A DNA stretch of 64,000 nt from Geosiphon pyriformis uo1 (Eukaryota > Fungi > Glomeromycota): positions 312,173-376,172 of the forward strand of contig JAAOMT010000258.1 in assembly GCA_016748015.1 (NCBI GenBank). The letters are read 5' to 3'. Made by a program: the position numbers and the translations under genes. The notes under the pieces were generated by a model. That model was not told the origin of the DNA, did no database searches, and worked only from the letters and a program-made list of their open reading frames with translations. Each line of letters begins with the position of its first letter. The stretch's first letter is position 1. Positions 12,578-26,000 of this stretch are shown one piece after another.

Positions 12578-15500
12578 GCTTGAGGATTTGAATTATCTAA
12601 CGAGCTTACTATAGAATTAAATGGAAACTTTGAAATCTCTCTGAACTATTTGGCTAATAAAATATCTAGTTAAAGGTAATTTAGAAATTTTGAATCAGAG
12701 ACATTTCTTAAATCTTCTTTATTCTCGGCTGAAATTATTTTTAAGATGTTATTTCTATACTAAGTGGAACCAGGTTTGATAACAAATGTTTAAATGATCT
12801 CTAAAAGTTACATATATTTTATTTAATACAAACTGGCCAATTTTTTCAAAACCAATGTTTGAAAAATTATTTTAAAAACAACAACAACAACAACAACAAC
12901 ATTAAGGAGGCAAGTAATATTAATATTAAAACATTAATAAACAATTTGATTTAAACTTTTGTTTCCCATTAAAATTATTTTGGTAATTGTTTTGACCTTC
13001 TGCCAATTATTTATTAACTTGGAAAACTGTTTCGAGATTTTTATAATCTCTACTTTAATTCTATTTAATTCTGTGACTAACATAGAATTCCTTGAATATT
13101 TTTTATATTGATAGTTTTATCCGTCTAATCATTTGTTATGGAATTTCTGTTTAGTGACCGCCGCGAAAATGCACGACGGAATATTGATTTTGAAAAAAAG
13201 AATATAAATCGTCAATTATGACAATACAAATCGTAATCACTGAAATTCCTTTGTGTGCCTTAATTTGACCAACCATTCACCACGTTCGGATATGATTAAA
13301 GAAAATGATTTTCTAGTAGTACAATTTTGTAAGAGTCTAAGCATGGATTAATAATTGAAAATAAACAAACTAAATGAATTGATCATGGAATATACATGTG
13401 ATTATTCTAAACATTATAGCTAATTACTTTTAATATTTGTGATTTTGATAATAACTTGGTTTGCAAATGAACAATTTTTATTGTTTGAATTTAGACCAAA
13501 ATAAGTTGAACTTTTAGGGCTCAAAAATCAAAAGCAAAAATTTAAAATATTTTATTTAAATTAATCATTCATAAAATACTAATAGCCATTTATATTTATA
13601 TATTGCTTTTAATTTATAAATGTATAAAGATTATTAAATCATGTTACATTAAAAAAAATTATTAGTTTATTTAAATATTATATTTTTATTAATATTGATT
13701 TTTTTTAAAATAATCATGTTATTTCTAATATTTTTATTAATGAAAATTGTAAAAATATAGTTCCTTTTTCTTAAAAATTTTTTTTTTGATATTCAAAGAA
13801 AACGATTTTATTTTTATTAATAATTTCAAAGTCAAAATAAAAAAGTTATTTATTAAGTAAGATATTTTAAATTATTTTTTAACTACTTTTATTCGATTTT
13901 TTAAATAAGATTTTTATTCAGTAAAAGTCATCGCAATCATTTTTATATTCATATCGATAACAAAAGTTATATACAGTATATAATATATTATATGACATTG
14001 ATCATATTGAAAAGTATTTTTAAAGATCTGTTCGAATCAGGTCGTGCTGGATTTAAGAGAATACAAACCGAACCAACAATTTTCAAGTTAAATCCGAACT
14101 GGTTAATACACAATTCGGCATGACCTAACCTATAACATTCGGTTCTTTTAACTTTAATTCTATTGAAAATGTATAGAAGTTGTTAAAGAATAATATTCAA
14201 AAGTATGAAAACTTAATGTATTAGTTTTTTAAACAGTTTTAAATTTAATACTATAAAAAATTAAAGGAATATTAGATACAGAAAAAACTCATGTTTATAA
14301 TTAATAAAAAATTAGATATTACTTTTAATGTCTATTATATAAGTTAGAACAAACATAAAATCGTTTTTGACAAGTAAAATAAAATTGCTAAAAATGTTAA
14401 TGTTTATACAACTAGTTGCAAAAATTAATTGGGTAAAACAAACATTTTGTAAATTATTAATAATTAGCTTTATACATAGTAGTAAGGAAATATGCATGGT
14501 CAATTAGACTTTTTAAATGTCTTAATTTTTTAAAGGTTATTATTAAATATTATTATGAATAAACTATTTAAAAGATTTTATTTATTGTTTCCACTAAGAC
14601 AAAATATATAATATTGTAATATATATATATATATATATAGTTAAAATACTATCTTTGTTGGCTGTTACATAAAAAACCCAAAACAAATAAAGAATTAGTA
14701 TTCTTTACAATAATTAAAGATTATCAGATTATTATTTTTAATAATACATTTTAAACTGCGATTAGTAATTATATTTATTTTGTATTAACATATATAACTG
14801 ATAATAATACAAAAAATAAATTTTTTAACTAGTTAAAAAAACTGAATTAATTAAAATATTTTATAATTTTTACAAAACAAAGAGTTAAAAAATATTTTGT
14901 ATAAAAAATTTATAAAAAACAAATAATTATTTTATAATAATTTTAAACAATTAACATATTGTATATATAATAAATTTAAAGTATTAAATAAACTTGAATA
15001 TATAAAAATCAGCAAAAATTAAATACAATTTATGTATTTTTTATATGTTTTTTAACTTAATATTAATTTTTTTTAAGTAACCAAAAAAGAAGTAGCTTAA
15101 ACAATCAAAAACCCAATAATTTTAATTTAAAATTTTACTAAACAAATTAATAATTAGTATTTTTAGAAAAAAAAATTGCTTTAATTTTTTTATTGATTAA
15201 ATAATACTATTGATAAAATTATATATTAAAATAGAATTTGTTTTATTTTTACAGTTAATTATAATTTGCCACAGATAATTATATTTAAAACATAAATATT
15301 TGTTAATTTGTGTTTATTTAAATAAATATACTATTGTTATTTTTGTTTCAATTAAAAATAACAGTGTTATTTATAATCAAATTTAAATTAATTATTGTTA
15401 TTAATAACAATAAAACGAAACTGGTAAAAAAACCAGTATTAAATAAAAAAACAGGTCTTAAAACTGTAGTAATGTGTTCAAAAAAAGCTATTTTTTGTAA

Positions 15501-17209
15501 ATTTAATAAAAAAAAAGTTATTTTTTGTTATTTTGGCTTTTTTAACTATTTAAGCAGCAGTAAAAAAAATAACTGTAAAAATTAGTAGCTTTATTATTAG
15601 TTTAGTTTAGTGTGTTATTTTAATATTATAAAAAATGTTGTATTAATATTGGTTTTAAATTTAAATATTACAATAATTATTGATTTATTAATTTTAATTT
15701 ATACAGTATATTAAAATTAATAATTTTTTTTAAAATATATTGCAAATTGAAATTTCAATATTTTTATAACTTTAATGTTTTTAATAAAAGATTCAATTTA
15801 TTAAAAAAATATATTTAAGTTATTTACAAAAATGCAAAAAAACTTTTCTTTAAATTAATTTAATATTTTAAAAATAAATAAAAACAAAATTTCAATGAAT
15901 AATTAGTTGTAATTACTTATTATTATTGTTAACTAATTATCATATTTTTTTTAGATAATTTAATTTATTTTTTACTTTAAATTTTTTTGTTGAATTAACA
16001 TGTATTTGCAAAAATTGATTCTAAGAAATTTGCTTAATTTTCAGGATTGAAGTTTAAAATAAAAAATATTCCTTATATGTATTATTTAGTTTCTAAATTT
16101 TATTTTGAATATTCTTGTTTTTAACTTAAATATAATTTTTTGCAAATATAATACAAAATATTTCAATTTATATATTAAATAAAGCTTTATTTGAAACTTG
16201 AAACTTGAGTAAATAAATAAAAACACATTTTAAGTATTAGTATCTTGCAGCAATTTCATATTTTATAAAGATAACTTATAAAAATTGGTCATTTTTGAAA
16301 TGTTTAACTTTGGCTGTTCAATTTTATCAAAGCACAAAATTCTACATAAAAATTCGCAATTATTTTTTAAACAAAAACTCTTTATGATAAATGGGAAACT
16401 TGTGTAATGAAAAAGATATACATGTTTATCTTATTCAAATTCAAATTTTTTAGATGTGTTCAATTTTTTTCATGAATTTAAAAATGGGATTAAGATTTTT
16501 TTGAATTAATAAAAAATTGTCTGATTTTTAAAAAAAACGTCCTATTAAAAATTCAAAAGAATTGAAATTATCCTACAATTCATATTATGTATTTTATTGC
16601 GCAGTAAGTAGAGAAAAAAAATTTCATTAGTTTGTGCAAATATAAAATGTTCCACGTTGACACGTCGACAGATCTAATGCGTAAAATAAAACTTTTGGGC
16701 TTGGTCACTTGAAATACTAGTTTAGGTAAATGTATAACTAATGTTCCAATGGAATAAGACTTTCAAAATGTGTTTATGAATAAATAATATTGATAAGATA
16801 CCGCTTTGCAGTCAATTACCTCACATTCAAAAATAGAGGTAAACTTCTTTAAAAATATATAAAGATGAAACTATATATGATGGCTTATAATTATAAATAA
16901 GAACTCTTCATCTGTTTCAAACCATTTTACAATTAAAACCAATGATTTCATTTTTAATTGTTTATTGATTTCGTGGATCAATCAGAACTTGAATTCATCA
17001 ATTTTGTACATACACGCTAATTTAATCAATCGCCAAATCCAAATCTAAAAAGGGTGTTTAACCAAAGTTTTTTAAATAATAAATATAATAAATGAAAGAC
17101 TTACCATTTATAGAAATCCGGGTTTTGAGATTAATCAACTTCGATATCTTGTCTTATCTCGGATAGCATCTTGTTTCCCTTCGGAATTAAGTACTTTTCA
17201 CGTATATGA

Positions 17210-18634
17210 TTTAAGTTACAATTCTCACGAGCAGCAATAACTCTTTGTTGGAGTTCTTCTGCAGGGTCACGGCATTGTGGATCACAATGTCAATTTTTTT
17301 TGATAATTTCCCGGGAAATGATAGCAAAGCTGTATATATCGCTGTTCTTAGTATGAGGAGCCCCCTTGCAAAACTCGGGTGCAAGATATTCAAGAACACC
17401 ATAAATATTACCAGACCGTGGAGAGTAATCGGCAGGACGACAAAATCCAAGATCAGAAATGACAATTTTTAACGAGGTTTGTTTTCAAAACAAGAATTTT
17501 TTCCAGGATTTAAGTCCCCATGTACCAGTTTTGAGTCATGTTAAATCTTAGGCCACCAGCAATTTGAAAAATAATACGAAGAAATATGCCCCAAGAAAGA
17601 GTGGTTTCGTTCACCTTTAGGAAAGTTCTGAGATCCCCCATATTTTGCAAATGGTAAAATCATAACAAATTCATTGCTTTGTAATGTCTTTTGTGATTTC
17701 ATAGCATTGAAGGATGTATTTGCAAGAGGCACAGTTAAGATGAGCAATAAACCTATTTCAATGCGTTTTCTAGTATTAGAAAAAGGGAATAATAAAATCA
17801 GAAAATTTTATTAAACGAATTATCTCAAATGAATTGACATACTCTATGTTTTGGCTATTTTAAGACATTTCAAAGCCACTCTCGTAACCTCACTTCTCTC
17901 ATACTTTTGATTTTTCTTATCCCAAAATAGAATTTTGTCTCTCTCCCATCTACCTTCTTTAAAAACACCAAATCCTCCCGTTCCCACCTTTTCTAAAAAT
18001 TTGATCTAATCCAATTCAAATATTCCCTACAACTTTCAGTGTATATCCTATATACTGATCAATATTATTATTCACTAAAAATCGTGATGATTCACAAGAT
18101 CTACACTAAAAGTGGATCTTTTGATTTGCGATAGCATTCTGGACATTTCGGCAAGCCGGCTTCAAATACACTATATCACTTTTATTAGTAACACAAGATG
18201 GAGATATAGGAGATCCAGCAGAAAAATAACCAAAGTTACCACATTTAAGACACTTGAATTCATCTGAAAATTGTGCAAAGAAAGTTTCAAAATTTAAAAA
18301 CTCTCCTTTAAAATTATCCGAGCATTTTAAACCTCGATTTTGAAATTGCAAAATAAAACGTTCTAGGTCATTTTGATCCTGTAAAGTAAGACCAATGGCA
18401 TCCAGATCAGGATAATCACTTCGATAACCCAAGTTATTTATCTTTACTGCTTTCCAATAGGTTTCAAATGCTTTTTCTAGGTTTTTTGTGGTTCCCCATC
18501 CATTTTGATATCACCATCCAAGGTTTTTATCGTGCATTTTGAATTTCCCCCTCTGCTGCTTTTAAATAGAATTCAAATGATTCTAGATTTTTTGCTGTTC
18601 CCCATCCATTTCGATAATGCATTCCAATATTGGT
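17210..18634 (-). pseudogene. Disrupted 3' part of a Sel1-repeat/protein-kinase gene: degenerate Sel1 repeats, Cys-rich linker, TKL-type kinase domain
   Basis: The minus strand continues past the TAA at 18635 with TNIGMHYRNGWGTAKNLE... and NLGW*YQNGWGTTKNLEKAF, then CLKCGNFGY (ORF 18106-18432), KVGTGGFG (~17965-17990), RVALKCL (~17870), VHGDLNPGKIL (~17495-17527), ISDLGFCRP (~17435-17460) and YGVLEYLAPE...SDIYSF (~17330-17400). It carries several frameshifts and stops. Confidence 0.85.
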
Positions 18635-20005
18635 TTATGGACTCGGATGTCCCACTTTTTCCAGATCTTTCATTGTTTCCGGTCCACTTCGACAATCTGT
18701 TCCAAGACTGATTTGTCCAACTAAACTTCCCGCCTCTGTTGCTTTTGAATAGAGTTCAAATGGTTTTTCCTCATTTTTTGTTTTTCCTAATCCATTGTAA
18801 CAAAGTTCAAGAATGAATTGTGCATCTGAATCTCCCCCCTCTGCTGCTTTTGAATAGAGTTCAAATGCTTTTTCTTCATTTTTCGTTGTTCCACAGCCAT
18901 TTTTATAACAAAGTGCAAGATTATATTGTGCACTTGTATGTCCCGCCTCTGCTGCTTTTGAAAAAAACTCAAATGCTTTTTCCTCGTTTTTCGTTGTTCC
19001 ACAGCCATTTTTATAACAAAGTGCAAGATTATATTGTGCACTTGTATATCCCACCTCTGCTGCTTTTGAATAGAGTTCAAATGCCTTTTCATCATTTTTT
19101 GTTGTTCCCCATCCATTGTCGTAACAAAGTGCAAGATTAAATTGTGCATTTGAATCTTCCGTCTCTGCTGCTTTTGAATAGAGTTCAAATGCTTTTTTCT
19201 CACTTTTCGTTGTTCCCCATCCATTGTGATAACAATTTCCAAGACTGATTTGTCCAACTAAACTTCCCACCTCTGCTGCTTTTAAATAGAGTTCAAATGC
19301 TTTTTCCTCATTTTTCGTTGTTCCCCATCCATTGTGATAACAATTTCCAAGACTGATTTGTCCAACTAAACTTCCCACCTCTGCTGCTTTTGAATAGAGT
19401 TCAAATGCTTTTTTCTCACTTTTCGTTGTTCCATGTCCATTAAAATAACAAACTCCAAGATTAAATTGTGCCTTTGTGTTACCCGCCTCTGCTGCTTTTG
19501 AATAGAGTTCAAATGCTTTTTTCTCATTTTTCGTTATTCCATCTCCATTAGCATAACAAAATCCAAGATTGCATTGTGCATTTGTATTACCCGCCTCTGC
19601 TGCTTTTGAATAGAGTTCAAATGCTTTTTCTTGATCTTGTGAAGTGCCAATTCCATTATCATAACAATAACCTAAGAAGAATTGTCCAAAAGAATCTTCA
19701 GCATTCACTGCTTTCTGAAATTCCAAAAATGCTTTTGTAAAATTAGGAATAGTTCCAATCCCATGTTCTAAAGAAAAGCCGAGCAAAATAGAGTCTATCG
19801 AACGTTTTGAACTTTTATTATTCAAGTAATTGAATAAGTCTTCAGGTGTTTTCTGATTGCGCACAAGATATTTTTTCACCAAGTCAGCAACTTTTGAATA
19901 TTCGCTAGCTGGAAAAATGGCCAAATTTTCTTTTATGACATTCAATGCTCCTTCAAGCCATTCGAGAGGTGATGTTGTCTTTTCAATTGATGAAGTTGAA
20001 GACAT
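18635..20005 (-). CDS. Sel1-like repeat (SLR) protein, truncated by a premature stop before its kinase domain
   Basis: About 10 canonical 36-aa Sel1 repeats (AQxNLGxCYxNGxGTTKxExKAFELYSKAAExG). The first ATG (MSSTSS) is at 20005. Confidence 0.85.
   Translation of the reverse strand: MSSTSSIEKTTSPLEWLEGALNVIKENLAIFPASEYSKVADLVKKYLVRNQKTPEDLFNYLNNKSSKRSIDSILLGFSLEHGIGTIPNFTKAFLEFQKAVNAEDSFGQFFLGYCYDNGIGTSQDQEKAFELYSKAAEAGNTNAQCNLGFCYANGDGITKNEKKAFELYSKAAEAGNTKAQFNLGVCYFNGHGTTKSEKKAFELYSKAAEVGSLVGQISLGNCYHNGWGTTKNEEKAFELYLKAAEVGSLVGQISLGNCYHNGWGTTKSEKKAFELYSKAAETEDSNAQFNLALCYDNGWGTTKNDEKAFELYSKAAEVGYTSAQYNLALCYKNGCGTTKNEEKAFEFFSKAAEAGHTSAQYNLALCYKNGCGTTKNEEKAFELYSKAAEGGDSDAQFILELCYNGLGKTKNEEKPFELYSKATEAGSLVGQISLGTDCRSGPETMKDLEKVGHPSP
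18720..19640 (-). repeat. 108-bp coding tandem repeats with very high nucleotide identity (Sel1 units)
   Basis: The marker gaatagagttcaaatg, or close variants of it, recurs at 18747, 18852, 18960, 19068, 19176, 19284, 19392, 19500 and 19608 (108-bp spacing; one 105-bp unit). Confidence 0.9.
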
Positions 20006-23000
20006 GATTTTCAAGCAACACAAATGGATTATCAAACTTCCAATATTTTGCTGTTTCGTCTTGCTAATAAATAAGGATTTTACATTCCCGAAAAAGGCTA
20101 GGCCTTGAAGAAAGCTCAAGGTTTAAAACGGGTAAAGATCGTCCGGAACGAAATTCAAACTAAAAAATGCCCAAATAATTTTTTTTCTTCTAGATCTAAA
20201 TTCCTAAGGTTGCAGATTTCAGCGTGTGGATAAAACCAATTTAATTGAATCATTATTTAGGAACTGCTTTAAATTATATATATTAACATGAAAAAAATCT
20301 TAAAACTCAAAATTTTTATCTGTTTTAAGGGTCTTTCACCTCAATCGATAGATTTCATTAATGCCAATGAGTGCATATTTGCCAATCAACATATCGATAG
20401 AAAACTAACCCAAAATTTCGAGCCACTTGGCAAATATTTTGTATAAGGTTTTTAAGCATTTCGTTAAATACGTATATATCTGTCGAAATTTCAAAACGTT
20501 AGATAAAATCTACCTACAAGGTACGTCTTTTAGTCATGGATTGGTTTAGTTCAGGTTCCAAAGAATTGGTTTCTCAGGTTGTAATGATTTTGAAAACCAG
20601 TTCCAAGATCAGTCATTATATAAAAATATGATTATTGATCATTGGAAACTGAATTTGATGATTTAACAAGTTGAATAGATTGAGTGGCTAAATTATATAA
20701 TATAACTGGTTAATTGAATTGGGAGCTTTTAAGAGTATTAATAAATGGCATTTTTTTATCAAAGTTGGCAAAATAGTTGTGAACATTAAAAATTTATTTT
20801 CAGAATTGGGTTTTTACATAGTAAAATGATAAAATACAATATGATGTTAGCTTTAAAATAATTGGTTATTATTATTATTTTGAATGTTAATAATTATTGA
20901 TTAAATAAAAAAAATATTTTTAATTCATGCTCTAAGTTTTTCAAAATTATCAAAAAACATAATTGCATATTATCCTATATAAAATATTTTGAAATAGATT
21001 AAAGAAATGTAAACAAATCATTTAAATTTAAAGATTGAATAATATTTTTTAAAATAATATTAAAAATTTATTCATTAGTATTAATACTTGACAATTTTAA
21101 TTCAAATAAATATTGAGAATTTACATTGAAATTATTTGAACAATGTAAAAAGCTGACTATAAATACTCAAAATTTTGTAACAAATAATATGTTAAATTTT
21201 ATTCTGTAAAACAATTAAATTTAATTGTATAATAATTAATGCTTTTTATAATATATAATATAAAAAATCAATTTTTGGACAAAAATATAAATAAGTAATA
21301 ATATTATCAATTTTTTTGAATTACAAAATTAAGGATATATATTTCGTATTGATATTAAGTAAACTTTAAATTGTCAAATTTTTTGAAAAAAACTCAATTG
21401 TTGGCACTAATTTTTGCCATCAAAAATTATATTGTTTCAAAATATTCAGTCATATTCATTTCTGTATGCTGTACAGTTAGTAGAATAATATTAAGTAAAA
21501 TTCCAATTTTGTTAACATAATAAATTGTAAAACTAAGAAAAAATAATTTTATTTATTATAATCTACATATTTTGTTGTGGAAAATACTTGAAATTTATTA
21601 ATTCTTGCTTGATTTGTTGCTTTTTTTCTTTATAAATAGCAATAATTTAATTATACACAATGTGTTAATTGTGAAATATGTATTATAAATCAAAGATAAA
21701 ATTTATTTTTAATAATTCAGTTATTAATTGTATTGAATGATTACAAATAATTTTTATTTGCAAATAAATTTACTTTGCTTATTGATTTAATTTAAAACTT
21801 TATTTACATAAATTAGAAATTGAAAAAAGAATGTTAAAATAGATATAAATCAATCGCATAAACAACTTTTTATAATGACTTAATTTAAATTTGCTAATTT
21901 AAAAATAATCTCAATATCTAAAAAATCATAATAGAAAACTGTTCTCTGAAAATTAAAAAAATATATATATAGCCATTTAATTCATAATTATTGTAAAAAT
22001 CTCAACATACATTTAAAAAAATTGAGCATTATGAGCTTAGAATGAAATTTTTACAAAGTACTTTAATGTTTAAGTTCTGAAAATTTTGTAAATTAATTCA
22101 TAATACTCTCTATTCAGTCAAAATTAAAGGGTTGGTTCAAAATTTATAAATTTTAATTCATTTTTACTTAAGAATGCTGACAAGAATTTATTTTAAAACA
22201 ATAGATTCTGTTAAATTTTCTTTAAGTCTTTGTGTTTATATGAAAAAGTTAAAAGAATTCCAATTAAATCTACGTAAGACCAGAATATAACATATTAATT
22301 TATTAAAAATTTTTATGAAGCTATGAAAAACATAAACTTTGATTGTGCCAAATTTAAATCTGTGATAAAAAAAAATCTAATTTTTTAAATAATTATTTGT
22401 TTTAATTGATATTATATTTAAATAAGGTCAAATACAATTATTAAAACAAACATTCTTTAATTTCTTAATAAATTAAATTTCAATTTGAAATAATAAAACA
22501 TTAAAAGTTATAATAATTTTATAAAAGAAATAATGTTTTGTTGTCATTTAGCAAATATTTTCTAAAATTTACATAGAAACTTTTTTTTCATGGAAAATAA
22601 GATGATAACGTAGATTAGTATTAATAATGAAAAAATAATACATTGACTTTTTTTCAATAATCTACTTTATAATGACTATTAAATAAAGGTAGTACATTTT
22701 AAACAATTTTATTGTATCTAAAAATAAAAAAATCTAAATAATTTTTTTCAACTTAACTAAAAAGCTCTTTTCTCAAAATGCTTGGTCTATTTGATTAAGA
22801 AAGAAGAAAATATTTTAAATTTTACTCGTGACTGTAGAAAATTTTTTTTCGAATAATGAAGAAACAATGAACAAAAAATGAAATCCTGTTTTCTTCATAT
22901 AGTATTTAATCCAATTAAGCAATACAACAAAGATTAACAATCAAATTATTCATCCTAGAATGTGTACCAGCTGTATTGGGTTGTTATTATGACAAAAAAT

Positions 23001-26000
23001 GGGTAGAATATGAAAAGTTGATTGGGTAAAATTTTCAATTTCATTATTGACAACTTTTTAATTTATTTTAACCAACAATCACTTCATCTTTCCTTTTCAA
23101 GTAACAAAAAAAGATAGGTCTTTCAGAAATAAATTTTTTCAGAGAAATATAGTAAAAATTTATTGAAGGTGAAAAGTTTACATCGTAAGATATTTTTAAG
23201 GTAAACTTAATACTTAACTCGGGATACTAGTTTTTACTAGTTTTAGAAATCTTTGCTAGTCCACATTTCATTTTAAAAACGATGCTTGCCGAATCGTAGC
23301 ATCAATAGCAAGACCATTCCGTGCAATGAACTTTCGAATTCGATATCAAATAATAACCAAATAATACCTTGTACATTTAATCATGGCTAACTCTTGGTAA
23401 ACGAGATTTATACCTTGACAAGATTGATGACCTCTTCTAAAACCCTTTAAAAAGCCAGAATTTGAGTGTATTATATTTAATATTTGATACAGTTTCAAGA
23501 TTAGTACTTGTAAATTATATTTAGCTTTTTTCATTTTGTAAATTATATTGCTTCTATGCATTCAATTATTTTGTTTATATTACAATTTGTTTTAGTTATT
23601 ATAAATTGTTAATTCTAGTATTAAGTAATTTATCACAAATTTTTTTTAATTGTGTTGCAGTTGATGAACTTCAACATAAATTTTTGATTTGTTGAAAATA
23701 ATTTTATTTTATCTCTTAAGAAAAACCATGCATTATCGCTCATGTTCTTGAATATATGGTATCTATTAATAAAAGACTGGAATATCAACAGAATACTTTT
23801 CCATCACAATATTGCAAAAAAATTTTGAACACGATGATTCGAGTAAAAAGTTTTTATCGAACAAATTAATTTTACTTGGGAAAAACATTTCGGAAATAGA
23901 ACTTATTTAAATATATCCCAGTTACCAATCACAATGATAGTCATAAAACAAAACCAATTGCAAAGTTATTTCTAAAGTGTTTTTTTACATTTGTCATACA
24001 TTTATTTTAAATTTTATTGGGTAATTTTTTTTTAAATTTTAAATTTGCTTTTTTATTTTAAATCTAAAGCATTTCTGTATTAAATTGCAGCATATCCATA
24101 ATAAACCGAATAAATTAGCAAAATTTTTTGATTGGTCAAATTATACATGAGTTGAAATTAAGGTTTACAATTAAATCGTTTTTTTTTTTTTTTTTAAAGT
24201 TTTTTTGTGAAAAAATTTTTATATTTTAAATCAGACCCTTTTTTTATTTATTTATTTATTAATTGGATTGAATTGAATTGAATTGAATTGAATTATTTAT
24301 TACTTTTTTATTAATAAATAAATAAAATCATTTTACAAATTGTTGAAATCAAATTAAAATTTGATTTTTTAAATTTATATATACATATATATATTTTTAA
24401 TTTGTAATTTAAAATTTAAAATTTTAAAAAATTCTCCGTGAATTTAGATTTTAAAAATTTCTAAAAATATTTTTTGTACAAATAAAAAAAATAATATTAA
24501 ATACATCAACAAACATATATTACATGCATTTACACAGTATAAATCTTTTTTTTTTTTTTTTTTTAAATAAATTTTTAAATTTTCAATTCCCAAAAAGCAA
24601 ATTAAAATTTATTCATCATTTTTTGTAAAATATAGATTAAAAAGTAATTTTAATAATAACATTTTATCATCATTCAAAAGTTTTAATGCTAAAAATTTTA
24701 TTAATGTCTATTTTTTCAAGGATTATTAATTTAAAATTTAATATCAAGTTAGCAAATCTAATGAAAAAAATCAAATTTTCTACTATTTTATCAAGAAGGA
24801 GTTTTTCTATTTTATAACTTTTGAAAAAGTCTTAATCATCAAACTTTTAAGTATTATTCTTAAATTAAATGAAATTCACTAAGGTTATTAGGTAAAAAAA
24901 AAAGATTTATGAAGCATTCCGTTTGAATAAAAATATTTTTCTTAATTATTTGAAAAAATTTTTCCTCTCAAAAAACAGACCTTAAAAAGTACCAATCTTT
25001 TAACAAAATCCAATTGACAGCAAATAAGAAGTTATTTTATTTTTAATAGATAAATTTCATGTTTTGTTTTTAAAACTTACAGATAGAATTCACTTCATAA
25101 TATAAATTACAGCAGTAGTTATCAAATTCAAAAATATTTTGATAGTTATCATATATATATATATATATATATAAGAAGAGCAAAGAGTTTTGTTCAAAAT
25201 AGATTTTCAACATGACATTCAAAATACTTTGCATTTCACATGAATTTATTTTTGTTATTTAACTTTTCAATCTAATGAAAAAAAGAGATTCAATATATAT
25301 TAAATTATGGGATAATAACATGCCTAAGAGAATATAAAATAAAAGATTTCTATTGAAATTTATAAGGTAATTATAAAAAAAAATGTGATAGATTCAATAA
25401 AAAAAAATTAATGTGGTGTTTTTTTAGGAAAAGTTAAATCATACAGTATATATAAATCCAGATTTTCAATCAAAACTTGATAAATTTTTCTATAATTCAA
25501 ATTCATAATGTATGGTTCAAAAAAAGGTATAAATTTTTTTTTTGTTATAATTTTTTTTTGAAAAAGCTTTATTTGTGCAAAAAATTGATAACATTCTTCC
25601 AAATTGATCTCTTTTATAAATACATTTACATTATTACCAATCATCTATGAAGCAATTTTTTACTTTAAACTAAACACCTTTTCATTCACATAATTCGAAA
25701 TAAAGATTTGATACAATGAATGATTTCAAAATGAAAAAATTGAGGATAAAGATTGAATAAAAATTTCATAGCTTTTTGTAAATACAAGCTACTGTATGGA
25801 GTTTCTATCTATCTATCTATCTATCTATTTATCTATCGTAATTGACAATTGAAATTTTTGTGGAAATAATCTTTTTCTTACCTTTCTATATGGTCCTTTT
25901 GTTAAACAAGGAGATAATTATAAAAGCTATTTCGGTAAACATAGTGTTACAGAATAAAAAATTTGCTCAATAAATTTCATTTGTGTAATAGAATTCTTTG

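Noticed and set aside
18505-19257. Repetitive ORFs in alternative frames and strand over the Sel1 gene
   Set aside because: Shadow frames produced by the 108-bp repeat.
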